64,000 bases of DNA from the NCBI GenBank assembly GCA_947039315.1, contig CAMQYM010000004.1, positions 291 to 64,290 of the forward strand, in the 5' to 3' direction. The position numbers and the translations under genes were made by a program. The notes below the pieces were generated by a model. That model saw only the letters and a list, made by a program, of their open reading frames with translations. It had not been told where the DNA came from and searched no databases. Source of the DNA: an uncultured Porphyromonadaceae bacterium. Its GTDB lineage: Bacteria; Bacteroidota; Bacteroidia; Bacteroidales; Muribaculaceae. Below are positions 28,177 to 38,152 of the stretch, piece after piece (position 1 is the stretch's first letter; each line of letters opens with the position of its first letter).

Positions 28177-30564
28177 ATGAGTTCTTTATTGCTTTCAGTC
28201 CTGACTGCGGCGGCCAGCTTGGCGGCTTCAGTCACGGCCACTCCCGATACGGCGGAGGCCATTGTCATGGCCCCCGACACAGTGTCCGAAGTACTGATAG
28301 ACACCATTCCTCCCGCAGATCTCCGCGGGCGCGAGCGTGTCGGACTGGTGCTCAGTGGCGGAGGCGCCAAGGGCATCGCCCATGTGGGCGTGATCAAGGC
28401 TCTTGAGGACAATGATATACCGGTCGATTATGTGACCGGCACTTCGATGGGCGCGATTGTCGGAAGTCTATATTCCTGCGGATGGAGCCCGGAGCGCATG
28501 CTCGAGCTGTTCACATCCTCCGACTTCCTCGACTGGAGTACAGGGACCATCAACAAGAACAAAATCTATTACTACAACAGTCCCGATCCGACTCCGAAAT
28601 GGATCAGCGTCAATATCAATTTCAAGGATGAGGAGGCGCTTCCATATCAGGTGATTCCCACCAGTCTTGTCAGTCCCCTGCCGATGAACATCGAGTTTCT
28701 GAAGCTCTATTCCCCTTACACCGATCAATGCGGAGGCGATTTCAACAGTCTGTTCGTACCGTTCCGCTGTGTGGCCAGCGATGTCTACCACAAGCACAAG
28801 GTGGTCCTCGGCAACGGAAGTCTTGGTGACGCGGTCCGCGCGTCGATGAGTTTTCCTCTGGTGTTCAAGCCGATCAAACTCGATGGGGTGCTGATGTACG
28901 ACGGAGGCATATATGACAACTTCCCCGTCGACGTGATGAGGGAGGATTTCAATCCCGACTTCATCATCGGCGTGTCGGTGTCGGGCGCTGACAGCAAGCC
29001 GGTACAGGGCGATGTCTACAGCCAGCTCGAGGATATGATCATACAGAACAACGATTATAAGGTGCCTCCGGAATCAGGCATCAAGATTCAGGTGCCGGTT
29101 CTCGATTACGGTGTGCTGCAGTTCAACAAGGCGAAGACTATCTACGATATCGGCTACAAAACCGGCCTCTCTATGGTGGATTCCATCAAGAGCCGCGTCT
29201 CGGCGCGTGTCACAAAGGAGAGTGTGGACAGGCGCCGCGCGGTGTTCGCCAGGCTCACTCCACGGGTGCTGTTCGATTCGGTGTCGGTAGCCGGGGTCAA
29301 TGCCGACCAGTCGCGCTACCTGTCATATCTCTTCAACCGCGGGGGACAGGCTCCCTTCGGACTGAGGCAGACGGAGAACGCCTACTACAGGGCTGTTACC
29401 GACGGCACGCTCTCCAACCTTGTGCCGCAGGCACGGTTTGGCGCCCGCGGCAACAACACGCTGCTTCTCGACGCAAGTGTGAAGCGTCCGTGGTCCATCG
29501 GTGTGGGAGGCTGGATCACGAGCAGTTCCAACTCCATGCTATATCTCAATCTCGGTTTCCATACGCTGAGTCTCAACTCTCTCGACGTATCGATTGGTGG
29601 CTGGATCGGACAGTCGTACTATGCAGGGATGCTGAGCGCGCGTTTCTCGCTGAGGACCCGAGTGCCGTCATTTCTTAAGTTCGACGGTGTGCTCCAGCGT
29701 CAGAAGTTCTTTGACAACGAGGTGCTGTTCTACAAGACTCCGTCACCGGCGTTCATCACTGAGGTGGACAATTTCGCCCGTGCGAGCTTTGTGTGGGCAA
29801 TAGGGCGCAAGATGCGCGGCACCGTGAGCCTTGCGGGCGGCTATATAGCTGACTCCTACTATCCGAGTTCGCTCGACAACTTCTCCGACCGCAGCAAGGA
29901 CCGCACACAGTACCGTATCGGAGTGGCGACCGTCGGAATCGACCAGAGCACACTCGACAACGAACTCTATCCGAGCAGCGGTCTAGCATGGCATTCCAAA
30001 TTGAGATTCAGCTATGAGATGTCGCGTTTCCTGCCTCAGGGCGAGAAGCAGGGGGAAGGAGGTTTTTCCGGAACTCCCCGCGCGTCGGTAGACCTTTTCT
30101 GGAAACAGTTCTTTCCCGTGAGACGCACGTTCAGATTCGGCGCGTCCGCCTACGCTTATGCCACCGCCCAGCAACTCCGGCAGAACTACACGGCGACTCT
30201 TATCCATGCGCCGGCCTTCGCACCGACACCATCCACTAAAAACTACTTCAACGTCGCGTTCCGTTCCGACAACTTTGTGGCAGCCGGAGTGATTCCGATC
30301 TGGACTCCGCGACGCAACATGCAGATCCGCGGAGACTTCTACGCGTATGCGCCGCTTCGCGAACTCAAGGATATGGGAGAGAGTCCTGCTGAATATGGAG
30401 CATGGCTCAACAGGGTGGAATTTCTCGGAGAGGTCGCGGCGGTCTACAATTTTCCCTTTGCCAGCCTCTCGGTATACGTAAATTACCTCTCGTATCCTTC
30501 GAATAACTGGAACTTCGGCATCAACTTCGGTCTATTTTTCCAGGCACCGAAACTCCTGAGATAG
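28177..30564 (+). CDS. Patatin-like phospholipase family protein with a C-terminal beta-barrel-like region
   Basis: Patatin motifs GGGAKGIAHVGV, GTSMGA (GxSxG) and YDGGIYDNFP (DGG). I chose the ATG at 28177 (MSSLLLSVLTAAASLAA signal); the ORF-track start overlaps serB. Confidence 0.88.
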   Translation: MSSLLLSVLTAAASLAASVTATPDTAEAIVMAPDTVSEVLIDTIPPADLRGRERVGLVLSGGGAKGIAHVGVIKALEDNDIPVDYVTGTSMGAIVGSLYSCGWSPERMLELFTSSDFLDWSTGTINKNKIYYYNSPDPTPKWISVNINFKDEEALPYQVIPTSLVSPLPMNIEFLKLYSPYTDQCGGDFNSLFVPFRCVASDVYHKHKVVLGNGSLGDAVRASMSFPLVFKPIKLDGVLMYDGGIYDNFPVDVMREDFNPDFIIGVSVSGADSKPVQGDVYSQLEDMIIQNNDYKVPPESGIKIQVPVLDYGVLQFNKAKTIYDIGYKTGLSMVDSIKSRVSARVTKESVDRRRAVFARLTPRVLFDSVSVAGVNADQSRYLSYLFNRGGQAPFGLRQTENAYYRAVTDGTLSNLVPQARFGARGNNTLLLDASVKRPWSIGVGGWITSSSNSMLYLNLGFHTLSLNSLDVSIGGWIGQSYYAGMLSARFSLRTRVPSFLKFDGVLQRQKFFDNEVLFYKTPSPAFITEVDNFARASFVWAIGRKMRGTVSLAGGYIADSYYPSSLDNFSDRSKDRTQYRIGVATVGIDQSTLDNELYPSSGLAWHSKLRFSYEMSRFLPQGEKQGEGGFSGTPRASVDLFWKQFFPVRRTFRFGASAYAYATAQQLRQNYTATLIHAPAFAPTPSTKNYFNVAFRSDNFVAAGVIPIWTPRRNMQIRGDFYAYAPLRELKDMGESPAEYGAWLNRVEFLGEVAAVYNFPFASLSVYVNYLSYPSNNWNFGINFGLFFQAPKLLR

Positions 30565-30573
30565 TCATGCGCT

Positions 30574-31602
30574 CTAATCTTCCGTGATGAGAGCCGTGAA
30601 CTGGGGGCTGCTCCAGATAGTGGAGTCGGCGAGGATGAGCATAACCGGGCGCCGGAGTGTATTGTTGATTTCGCGGGTGCGTTCGCTCCCGGCCGCCATG
30701 AAGGCGGTGGCCAGGGCGTCGGCCTCCATCGCGGTGGAGGCGAGCACTGTGGCGCTGATCACGTCGGTCTGCACCGGACGTCCGGTCTTTGACGAGATTG
30801 TATGTCCGTAGATTCGGGAACCATCCTTATGGAAGTTGCGGTAATTTCCCGATGTGGCCATTCCCATGTCGGTAAACGCCACTATGCATGCCGATTCACG
30901 GCTGTCGGCCGAGGCTCCGTGGACGGGGCGGTCCACCGATACACGCCAGTCTCCTCCCGATGGGGAAACTCCTGCAGCCCGGATTTCTCCGCCTATCTCC
31001 ACAAGATAATCCTTCACTCCGTTTTCGGTCAGCATTTCGGCCACTCTGTCGCATCCGAATCCCTTGGCTATGGCGGAAAAATTGAAGCTTATCGCAGGAT
31101 TCTCCTTCACCAGCGCGTCGTGGCTGAGACGGGTCTTCTGTATGCCGCAGAGGGCGAGCAGAGAGTCCGTCCTCGCCGTGTCGGCCGTTGCCTTATGCCC
31201 CGGTCCGAATCCCCAGGCAGCTATCAGAGGTCCGAGTGTGGGGTCGAACGCGCCACCGGATATCTTGTTGACCCGCTTCGACATCACGTAGACCCGGATG
31301 AAATCAGTGTTCACCGGCACCGAGTTTCCACGGTTTACCCGCGAGACGAGAGACGTCGTGTCGAACACGTTGAGCGAGCGTCCCACCTCTTCAAGGACTC
31401 TCAGCGCGGAATCGGCAAGCGATTCCGGGCCGCGGAATGTGAGGTGATATGAGGTGTTCCAGATCATCCCCTCCGCTTTGGCATAGCCGTCGGATTGGGA
31501 TTCACTCTTTTTATTGTTTCCGCCGCATGCTGAAAAGAGCATCGGGAGCAGAAAGAGCAACGTAAACAGGCCGGGAAGTAGAGTTAAAGCAGATTTTTTC
31601 AT
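30574..31602 (-). CDS. apbE: FAD:protein FMN transferase (ApbE family lipoprotein)
   Basis: Lipoprotein signal (…LFSACGG) and the conserved GAFDPTLGPLIAAWGFG and MGMATSGNYRNF blocks. Confidence 0.88.
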   Translation of the reverse strand: MKKSALTLLPGLFTLLFLLPMLFSACGGNNKKSESQSDGYAKAEGMIWNTSYHLTFRGPESLADSALRVLEEVGRSLNVFDTTSLVSRVNRGNSVPVNTDFIRVYVMSKRVNKISGGAFDPTLGPLIAAWGFGPGHKATADTARTDSLLALCGIQKTRLSHDALVKENPAISFNFSAIAKGFGCDRVAEMLTENGVKDYLVEIGGEIRAAGVSPSGGDWRVSVDRPVHGASADSRESACIVAFTDMGMATSGNYRNFHKDGSRIYGHTISSKTGRPVQTDVISATVLASTAMEADALATAFMAAGSERTREINNTLRRPVMLILADSTIWSSPQFTALITED

Positions 31603-31845
31603 AAATTTTCAAAAAAATGTCGCGCTAAATTAGCAAAAAATGCCGGAATTTGCTAAATTTACGCCATATATATCATTCTGTCTTAAGATACAACAAAAAA
31701 TACAGCATGTTTTTTGTCGGGTGAAGTATAAAATGTTATCCGGATTGTCTGACCCGGATGATTGCCTAAAATATCAACGACAGTCTCTAACCATCAGGTT
31801 CTCAGGTAGTGATGACTTGTAGAACTTGAATAAAAGATAATTGCT

Positions 31846-32436
31846 ATGAAAGAGTCATTTTTATTTCTTGCCAACGGCTTTGAGGAGATAGAAGCCCTCA
31901 CTGCAGTCGACGTATTGCGGAGGGCAGAGATGCCGGTCCGGACCGTTTCCATCACGTCTTCACTTCAGGTGACCGGCGCGCATGGTGTCACAGTAAAAGC
32001 CGATGTGATTTATGACAGCACACTGTTTGCCGATCCGGCATGGCTGATTCTACCCGGAGGTATGCCCGGTGCAGAGAATCTTGCCGGGTTCGCTCCGCTC
32101 ACCGGCCTTCTGGCGCGTCAGCTCGCATCTGAAGAGGGGCGCATTGCGGCAATCTGTGCCGCTCCGGCGGTGGTGCTCGGCAGAGCCGGTCTTCTCAAGG
32201 GCCACAAGGCCACATGTTATCCCGGTTTCGAGGGAGACCTCATCGGCGCCGAGTATGAAGACCGTGCTGTAGTGGCCGATGACAAGTTTGTTCTCGGCAA
32301 CGGACCTGCCAACGCTCTGGTCTGGGCGCTTGCAATCGTGGACAAGGCACTCGGCAACGACCGGTCGAGAGGGGTGGCCAACGGGATGCTTCTCTATCCG
32401 TGCGGCAATGACAACTTCGACTTTCTCTTCGGATGA
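31846..32436 (+). CDS. DJ-1/PfpI family protein
   Basis: Nucleophile-elbow motif AAICAAP and the overall ThiJ/DJ-1 pattern (LANGFEEIEALT…PGG). Confidence 0.85.
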   Translation: MKESFLFLANGFEEIEALTAVDVLRRAEMPVRTVSITSSLQVTGAHGVTVKADVIYDSTLFADPAWLILPGGMPGAENLAGFAPLTGLLARQLASEEGRIAAICAAPAVVLGRAGLLKGHKATCYPGFEGDLIGAEYEDRAVVADDKFVLGNGPANALVWALAIVDKALGNDRSRGVANGMLLYPCGNDNFDFLFG

Positions 32437-32495
32437 CAAACCATCATTATAATCATAATCGATAATCCTCTATAATCGGATACAATCTTGTTATA

Positions 32496-33107
32496 ATGGA
32501 TATATATTACACCATAAAAGGAGCCGGCGAATCTCAATACAGAGAAAAGATGAGCCGGTTCCTTTCCTTTGCCCTTCCGGTTTGTTCCGCCGACGAGGTG
32601 CGACAGCTGATCAAGGATTTTCAGAACCGTTATCATGATGCACGCCATGTATGCTGGGCGTACATGCTCGGTCCGGAGCGGGCAGAGTGGCAGGTCAATG
32701 ATAATGGCGAACCGTCGGGCACGGCCGGCCGGCCGATCCTTGGGCAGATCAATTCCCGCGGACTTACGGACGTTATGGTGGTGGTGGTGCGATATTTCGG
32801 AGGAATCAAACTCGGGACTTCCGGACTCATCGCGGCCTACCGCGAGGCAGCCTCTCTCGCACTCGACGAGGCGGGCATAAAGGAGATGAGGCGTAAACGG
32901 CGTATCCGGGTCACTTTCGGTTACGAGACCACCGATCGCGTGATGCGCGTGGTCAAGAGTCCCGATGTGGATGTGATCAGCAAGCGGTTCGATAATCTAT
33001 GCTCTGTTGAAATAGAGTTCCCGCTCGACGCCGCACCCGAAATCGAAGGGAAATTGTCCTCAGTGGAGGGTTCCTTTATAGAGGAATTGACTGTCGGTAT
33101 GGATTAA
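32496..33107 (+). CDS. YigZ (IMPACT) family protein
   Basis: KGSRF-like N-terminus (EKMSRFLSFALPV), DARHVCWAY and DNGEPSGTAGRPIL are typical of the UPF0029/YigZ family. Confidence 0.8.
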   Translation: MDIYYTIKGAGESQYREKMSRFLSFALPVCSADEVRQLIKDFQNRYHDARHVCWAYMLGPERAEWQVNDNGEPSGTAGRPILGQINSRGLTDVMVVVVRYFGGIKLGTSGLIAAYREAASLALDEAGIKEMRRKRRIRVTFGYETTDRVMRVVKSPDVDVISKRFDNLCSVEIEFPLDAAPEIEGKLSSVEGSFIEELTVGMD

Positions 33108-33309
33108 AGCGTATGAAAGTCAAGAAAATTTCTCAAATTAATCGCCTAAATGCGTGATATTTCAAAAAAAATTACGATATTTGCATTGCAAAATGCGCGA
33201 TAATCGTGTGATTTCGCCCATTTAGACAGTTAAACGGTTGAATCAAAATAAGTTGTGCGGTTGTGGCCGTACTCAAGGAAAAAGAAAAGAACAGAAAATT
33301 ATCAAGAAA

Positions 33310-33582
33310 ATGACAAAGGCAGACATCGTAAACGAGATTTCTCGTAGCACCGGCCTTGAGAAGGCAGCGGTCCTCGCGACAGTTGAGAAGTTTATGGAAG
33401 TTGTTAAGGATTCTATGGCAGCCGGCCATAACGTGTATCTCCGCGGTTTCGGCAGCTTCGTGATCAAGACCCGCAAGGAGAAAACCGCCCGCAACATTTC
33501 CAAGAACACAACAATCAAGATCCCCGAGCACAACGTGCCCACCTTCAAGCCTTCGAAGGTTTTCCTCGAGGACGTGAAGTAA
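33310..33582 (+). CDS. HU family DNA-binding protein
   Basis: 90 aa with MTKADIVNEIS… and the arm region ARNISKNTTIKIPEHNVPTFKPSK. The upstream part of the ORF-track frame was trimmed to this ATG. Confidence 0.9.
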   Translation: MTKADIVNEISRSTGLEKAAVLATVEKFMEVVKDSMAAGHNVYLRGFGSFVIKTRKEKTARNISKNTTIKIPEHNVPTFKPSKVFLEDVK

Positions 33583-33605
33583 AACGTAAAAAGAAGAAAT
33601 TAAGG

Positions 33606-33635
33606 ATTTCCGGCAGACTTTCTTCTGCCGGAATT
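33606..33635 (+). terminator. Hairpin after the HU gene
   Basis: 10-bp stem ttccggcaga / tctgccggaa with a 6-nt loop, followed by ccattgtttt. Confidence 0.55.
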
Positions 33636-33673
33636 CCATTGTTTTAAATAAAACTTTAAAATCAATAACAGTT

Positions 33674-33763
33674 ATGCCCAGCGGAAAGAAGAGAAAAGGC
33701 CACAAGATGGCCACTCATAAGCGCAAGAAGAGACTGAGAAAGAATCGTCATAAGAAGAAATAA
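33674..33763 (+). CDS. Small basic protein, 29 aa, resembling ribosomal protein bS22 (AURKAIP1/COX24-like)
   Basis: ATG at 33674 to TAA at 33761-33763 encodes MPSGKKRKGHKMATHKRKKRLRKNRHKKK. It is flanked by its own upstream and downstream hairpins and falls below the ORF-track length cutoff. Confidence 0.65.
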   Translation: MPSGKKRKGHKMATHKRKKRLRKNRHKKK

Positions 33764-33802
33764 GCGATTCTCAGCCCGGTCAGGCGCAAGAGAACCAAAA
33801 GA

Positions 33803-33858
33803 GCAAACCTTGCCCCCGACTTCCCCGCAAGGGGAAGGGCAGTTTGTTCTTTTTTTTG
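33803..33858 (+). terminator. Intrinsic terminator after the small basic ORF
   Basis: Nested hairpin: inner cttcccc-gcaa-ggggaag, outer gcaaac…gtttgt. It is followed by an 8-nt T-run. Confidence 0.65.
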
Positions 33859-33905
33859 TAGGTATGGACGGCGCGGGGAGCTGTCCTGAATAATTAATTT
33901 TAGTG

Positions 33906-35531
33906 ATGAAAAGCGAATTAATAGTAGACGTCAATCACGAGGAAGTGTCGATTGCCCTGCTTGAGGATTCCCGCCTGGTGTCGCTGCAGAAGGAGAGCCG
34001 CAACATTGCGTATGCTGTAGGAGACCTTTACATGGCTAAGGTGAAGAAAATCATGCCGGGACTCAACGCCGCTTTCCTCGACGTCGGTTACGACAAGGAC
34101 GCTTTTCTCCATTATCTCGATCTCGGTCCGCAGTTCAGCACCTATTCGAAATTCCTCGAAGAGGCAATGGCCGACAAGAAGAAGGTGCCGGCAATCTCCA
34201 GGTTCAAGCCGGAACCCGACATCCCGAAACAAGGCACCATACAGGATGTGGTGAAGCCAGGGCAGGTGCTGCTCGTGCAGATCGCCAAGGAACCGATCTC
34301 TTCCAAGGGTCCGAGGCTAACCACCGAAATTTCGTTTACCGGACGCTACATGGTGCTGATGCCTTTCGGAAACAAGATTTCCGTTTCTCAGAAAATAAAA
34401 TCCACCGAGGAGAAAATACGCCTCCGCCAGCTTGTCGGCTCGATCAAGCCCAAAGGGTTCAGTGTGATTGTGCGCACATCGGCTGAAAACAAGAAAGTGG
34501 CGGAACTCAACAATGAGATGCGGACGCTGGTGAAATGCTGGGAGGATTCCATTGCCAAGATGCAGAGAAGCCAGACCCCCAGCCTCATCTATGAAGAGGA
34601 CTCGCGCACTGTGAGCGTGATCCGCGATATGTTCAGCCCGAATTTTGAGAACATCTATGTCAACGAGTCCGAGACTTTCACGCAGATCCAGAACTACGTG
34701 GCGCTTATCGCGCCCGAGAACAAGGACATAGTGAAGCTCTATGCCAAGGACACCCCGATTTTCGACAATTTCAACATCACCCGCCAGATCAAGAGCAGTT
34801 TCGGCAAGACTGTGTCGTTCCGCAGCGGGGCTTATATCATCATCGAGAGCACAGAGGCTCTTCATGTGATAGATGTCAACTCAGGCAATCGCAGCAAGGC
34901 GAGCCAGGATCAGGAGAGCAACGCTCTCGACGTCAATCTCCGGGCTGCCGACGAGATAGCGCGACAGCTGCGTCTTCGCGATATGGGCGGCATCATCGTG
35001 GTCGACTTCATCGACATGAACAAGGCTGAGCATCGCCAGACGCTCTACGACCACATGAGGGAGGTGATGGCCAACGACCGTGCGCGCCACAACATACTTC
35101 CTCTCAGTAAATTCGGTCTGATGCAGATCACGCGCCAGCGGGTGCGTCCCGCTCTTGACATCACCACCAGCGAACAGTGTCCCTCATGCTTCGGCAAGGG
35201 TGAGGTGCAGGCTTCGATACTGTTCACCGACAAGCTCGAGGAGAAAATAGAGTATCTTGTGGAGCACCTGAAAGTAAAGAAGTTCACTATGTACATCCAT
35301 CCTTTCGTGGAGGCATACGTTAAGAAGGGGGTATTCTCGCTTTTCGGAAAATGGCGCCGCCGCTTCGGACGCGGCTTCAAGGTTATCGCCGATGAGAGCC
35401 TCGCCTATCTGGAGTACAAGGTCTTTGACGATACCAACAAGGAAATCGACCTCAAGGAAGAGAGTGACATCAGTTCGTCGCAGAGCAAAAACCGTGTAAA
35501 AGTCAAAAACAGAGATAAGGAGGAAAACTGA
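33906..35531 (+). CDS. Rne/Rng family ribonuclease (RNase G-like)
   Basis: S1 domain GDLYMAKVKKIMPGLNAAFLDVG, catalytic block HVIDVNSGN and GGIIVVDFIDM. Confidence 0.9.
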   Translation: MKSELIVDVNHEEVSIALLEDSRLVSLQKESRNIAYAVGDLYMAKVKKIMPGLNAAFLDVGYDKDAFLHYLDLGPQFSTYSKFLEEAMADKKKVPAISRFKPEPDIPKQGTIQDVVKPGQVLLVQIAKEPISSKGPRLTTEISFTGRYMVLMPFGNKISVSQKIKSTEEKIRLRQLVGSIKPKGFSVIVRTSAENKKVAELNNEMRTLVKCWEDSIAKMQRSQTPSLIYEEDSRTVSVIRDMFSPNFENIYVNESETFTQIQNYVALIAPENKDIVKLYAKDTPIFDNFNITRQIKSSFGKTVSFRSGAYIIIESTEALHVIDVNSGNRSKASQDQESNALDVNLRAADEIARQLRLRDMGGIIVVDFIDMNKAEHRQTLYDHMREVMANDRARHNILPLSKFGLMQITRQRVRPALDITTSEQCPSCFGKGEVQASILFTDKLEEKIEYLVEHLKVKKFTMYIHPFVEAYVKKGVFSLFGKWRRRFGRGFKVIADESLAYLEYKVFDDTNKEIDLKEESDISSSQSKNRVKVKNRDKEEN

Positions 35532-35552
35532 CCTCGCAATCCGACAACTCAG

Positions 35553-35590
35553 GCCGCCGGCATCCTCATGATGTCGGCGGCTTTATTCTT
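35553..35590 (+). terminator. Intrinsic terminator after the RNase G gene
   Basis: 11-bp stem gccgccggcat / atgtcggcggc (one G-U pair) with a 7-nt loop, followed by tttattctt. Confidence 0.6.
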
Positions 35591-35640
35591 ACGGGCGCGC
35601 TATTTCCCCTGCGCGCTCTTCTCTGTCGGTTTTCGGGTTC

Positions 35641-36918
35641 TTATTTCTGGTTATTGGCCCGGGAGGCGAGGAAGTCGGCCACCACGAATGTTGAGCCGCC
35701 GATGAATATGATGTCGTCGGATGCGGCTTGCTCTCTGGCCAGGGTGTATGCCGCGGCCGGTGTGTCGCACAGTCCGGTGGTGAATGCCGGATTGGCATTG
35801 CGGAAGCGTTCGAGCAGTTCGTGACGCTCCATGGCGCGGGGCACCGACGCCTGCGTGATGTAGAATATGGTGTCAGCCGGAAGGTTGCCGAACAGACCCA
35901 GTATATGGTCGAGGTCTTTGTCGGCGACAAATCCGATCACTACATGCAGCCTTCCCCGGATCTCCGCGTGCATGTCGTTCAGTTGGCGGACATTGCTCAT
36001 GATGCCGGCTTCGTTGTGGCCCGTGTCGCATATCACAGTGGGATTCTCCTCCAGTTTCATCCAGCGCCCCGCAAGGTGTGTGTTGTCGATCACCCGTGCG
36101 AATCCGCGTATCATGCATTCGTCGGAAATCTCCACTCCGGTGCGGCGCAGTTCCTCGAGCGCCACGCGTGCGGTGTTGACATTCTTCTTCTGGTAGAGGC
36201 CCGAGAGGGGAGTGGCGAGCCTTGAGTTGGCTTCTGTGTCTGTTTCCCGGTAAGCTTCTCGGAGGGGGGCGCCGGTTTCCTCCGCCTTTCTGCGGAACAC
36301 GCTCTCCACTTCTCCCTCGGCCTCACCGATTACAACCGGAATGCCATTCTTGATTATGCCGGCCTTTTCCGAAGCTATCTGCGCGAGGGTATCCCCCAGG
36401 AATTGCTTGTGGTCGTTGGAGATATTCGTGATCACCGACAGCAGCGGAGTGATGATGTTGGTGGAATCGAGCCGGCCTCCCATGCCGGTCTCCACCACTG
36501 CGATGTCCACGTTCTCGGCGGCGAACCAGTCGAAGGCCATCATCATGGTGAGTTCGAAGAAAGATGGTTTTCCGTCGTAGCCTGCCTCCCGGAAGCGGCG
36601 GATGAAGTCAGTGACGCGTTCTTCCGGTATCATGTCGCCGTTTATCCGCATCCGTTCGCGGAAGTCCACAAGGTGCGGCGATGTGTAGAGACCGGTTCGG
36701 TATCCCTGTTCCTGAAGTACGGAGGCCATCAGGTGCGACACGCTCCCTTTGCCGTTGGTCCCGGCCACGTGGATGGAGCGGAAGCGGCGGTGAGGGTTGC
36801 CGAAATAGTCATCGAGCGCGATGCTGCGTTCAAGCCCCGGTTTGTAGGCGGCTGCGCCGATGCGTGAGAACATCGGGAGCTGGGCGAAAAGCCATTCGAG
36901 CGTTTCTTTATAGTCCAT
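35641..36918 (-). CDS. folC: Bifunctional folylpolyglutamate synthase / dihydrofolate synthase
   Basis: Mur-ligase P-loop HVAGTNGKGS, with the overall FolC pattern and length (425 aa). Confidence 0.92.
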   Translation of the reverse strand: MDYKETLEWLFAQLPMFSRIGAAAYKPGLERSIALDDYFGNPHRRFRSIHVAGTNGKGSVSHLMASVLQEQGYRTGLYTSPHLVDFRERMRINGDMIPEERVTDFIRRFREAGYDGKPSFFELTMMMAFDWFAAENVDIAVVETGMGGRLDSTNIITPLLSVITNISNDHKQFLGDTLAQIASEKAGIIKNGIPVVIGEAEGEVESVFRRKAEETGAPLREAYRETDTEANSRLATPLSGLYQKKNVNTARVALEELRRTGVEISDECMIRGFARVIDNTHLAGRWMKLEENPTVICDTGHNEAGIMSNVRQLNDMHAEIRGRLHVVIGFVADKDLDHILGLFGNLPADTIFYITQASVPRAMERHELLERFRNANPAFTTGLCDTPAAAYTLAREQAASDDIIFIGGSTFVVADFLASRANNQK

Positions 36919-37516
36919 ATAGCAGATAGCCGGCGGTTCCGGCCATTATGATTATGAGTATGGGATGGATTCTGATTTTCTTCTCTTTGTATTTTATGGG
37001 GAAATATGCGAGGCAGAATGCGGCGGCACAGATGCCGATGTTGATCCACAGCTGGCTGTCTATGCCGTTAGGGTTGAAGTTGGCCGCATTCATGAGCATG
37101 ATTGCGGCGGAGGCTATGAGCCCTACCACCACGGGCCGCAGACCGTTGAATATGGCCTTTATCGAGCCGCTTTCCCGGTGTCGGCGGATGAAATGAGAGG
37201 CATATAGCACGAGCAGGAAGGATGGTACCGTCACGGCGAGCGTGCAGAGCACCGATCCCAAGAGCCCCCATCCTGTGGAGGCAAGTGCCGGGTCGACGGC
37301 TCCTGGCGCCACATATCCGATATATGTGGCGGAGTTGATGCCGATCGGCCCGGGGGTCATCTGCGAGATGGCCACAATGTCGGTGAACGTAGTCTCGGAG
37401 ATCCAGCCGGGTTCCACCACGGCTTTTTCCACCAGCGAGAGCATTGCGTAGCCGCCCCCGAAGCCGAAGATGCCTATCTTGAGATAAGCCCAGATAAGTT
37501 TCAGATAGATGTTCAT
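36908..37516 (-). CDS. chrA: Chromate transporter (CHR) family protein, short-chain half
   Basis: FGFGGGYAMLSL motif in a hydrophobic 202-aa protein. Its 3' end overlaps the folC start by 11 nt. Confidence 0.85.
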   Translation of the reverse strand: MNIYLKLIWAYLKIGIFGFGGGYAMLSLVEKAVVEPGWISETTFTDIVAISQMTPGPIGINSATYIGYVAPGAVDPALASTGWGLLGSVLCTLAVTVPSFLLVLYASHFIRRHRESGSIKAIFNGLRPVVVGLIASAAIMLMNAANFNPNGIDSQLWINIGICAAAFCLAYFPIKYKEKKIRIHPILIIIMAGTAGYLLYGL

Positions 37517-37539
37517 GGTCTGTTGAGGATTCTATATGC

Positions 37540-38145
37540 TCATCGTTTGTCGTTCCGGGATGTCTTGATGCGCGGAAGCCACCAGAAGAGGAATCCTCCG
37601 GCGGCTCCGAGGAGTATGTAGAGTATGGGATTGGAGACGAAGCCGAGATCCAGCGATATCATCAGCGCGACCACCAGCGGAATCCATACCGTCTTCCAGC
37701 GGAGTTTCGCCGCCTTGGCGGATGTCAGCACCGGGGCGATGATAAGCGCTACAACAGCGGGACGTATACCCATGAAGATAGCTGAAATCACCCGGTTGTT
37801 CTTGATCATCTCAGGTGTGAGGAAGATGGCTATCGCCAGGATTATCAGGAAAGAGGGGAGTATGGTTCCCAACGATGCCACCACGCTTCCGCTGGTGCCG
37901 CGCAGCTTGTCGCCGACGGCCGTCGCTATGTTCACGGCCAGGATGCCGGGCAGAGACTGCGCTATGGCAAGAAGATCGAGAAAGTCATCTTTCTCGATCC
38001 AGTGATACCGGTCCACAATCTCACGTTCGATTATGGAAATCATGGCCCAGCCCCCTCCGAATGTGAAGGCTCCTATCTTAAAAAACGTAGCGAACAGCCT
38101 CCAGTAGGAAGCTGTCCGCTGTTCTATGTCGTTGTCTGTATCCAT
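37540..38145 (-). CDS. chrA: Chromate transporter (CHR) family protein, short-chain half
   Basis: FTFGGGWAMISIIE motif. I chose the Met at 38145 (MDTDNDIEQ…) because the longer ORF-track frame overlaps the upstream gene. Confidence 0.82.
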   Translation of the reverse strand: MDTDNDIEQRTASYWRLFATFFKIGAFTFGGGWAMISIIEREIVDRYHWIEKDDFLDLLAIAQSLPGILAVNIATAVGDKLRGTSGSVVASLGTILPSFLIILAIAIFLTPEMIKNNRVISAIFMGIRPAVVALIIAPVLTSAKAAKLRWKTVWIPLVVALMISLDLGFVSNPILYILLGAAGGFLFWWLPRIKTSRNDKR

Positions 38146-38152
38146 TATGTCA

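Noticed and set aside
31640-31822. 60-aa ORF in the apbE / DJ-1 intergenic region.
   Set aside because: It has no motif, sits at the minimal length, and occupies what is most simply the divergent promoter region of the two flanking genes.
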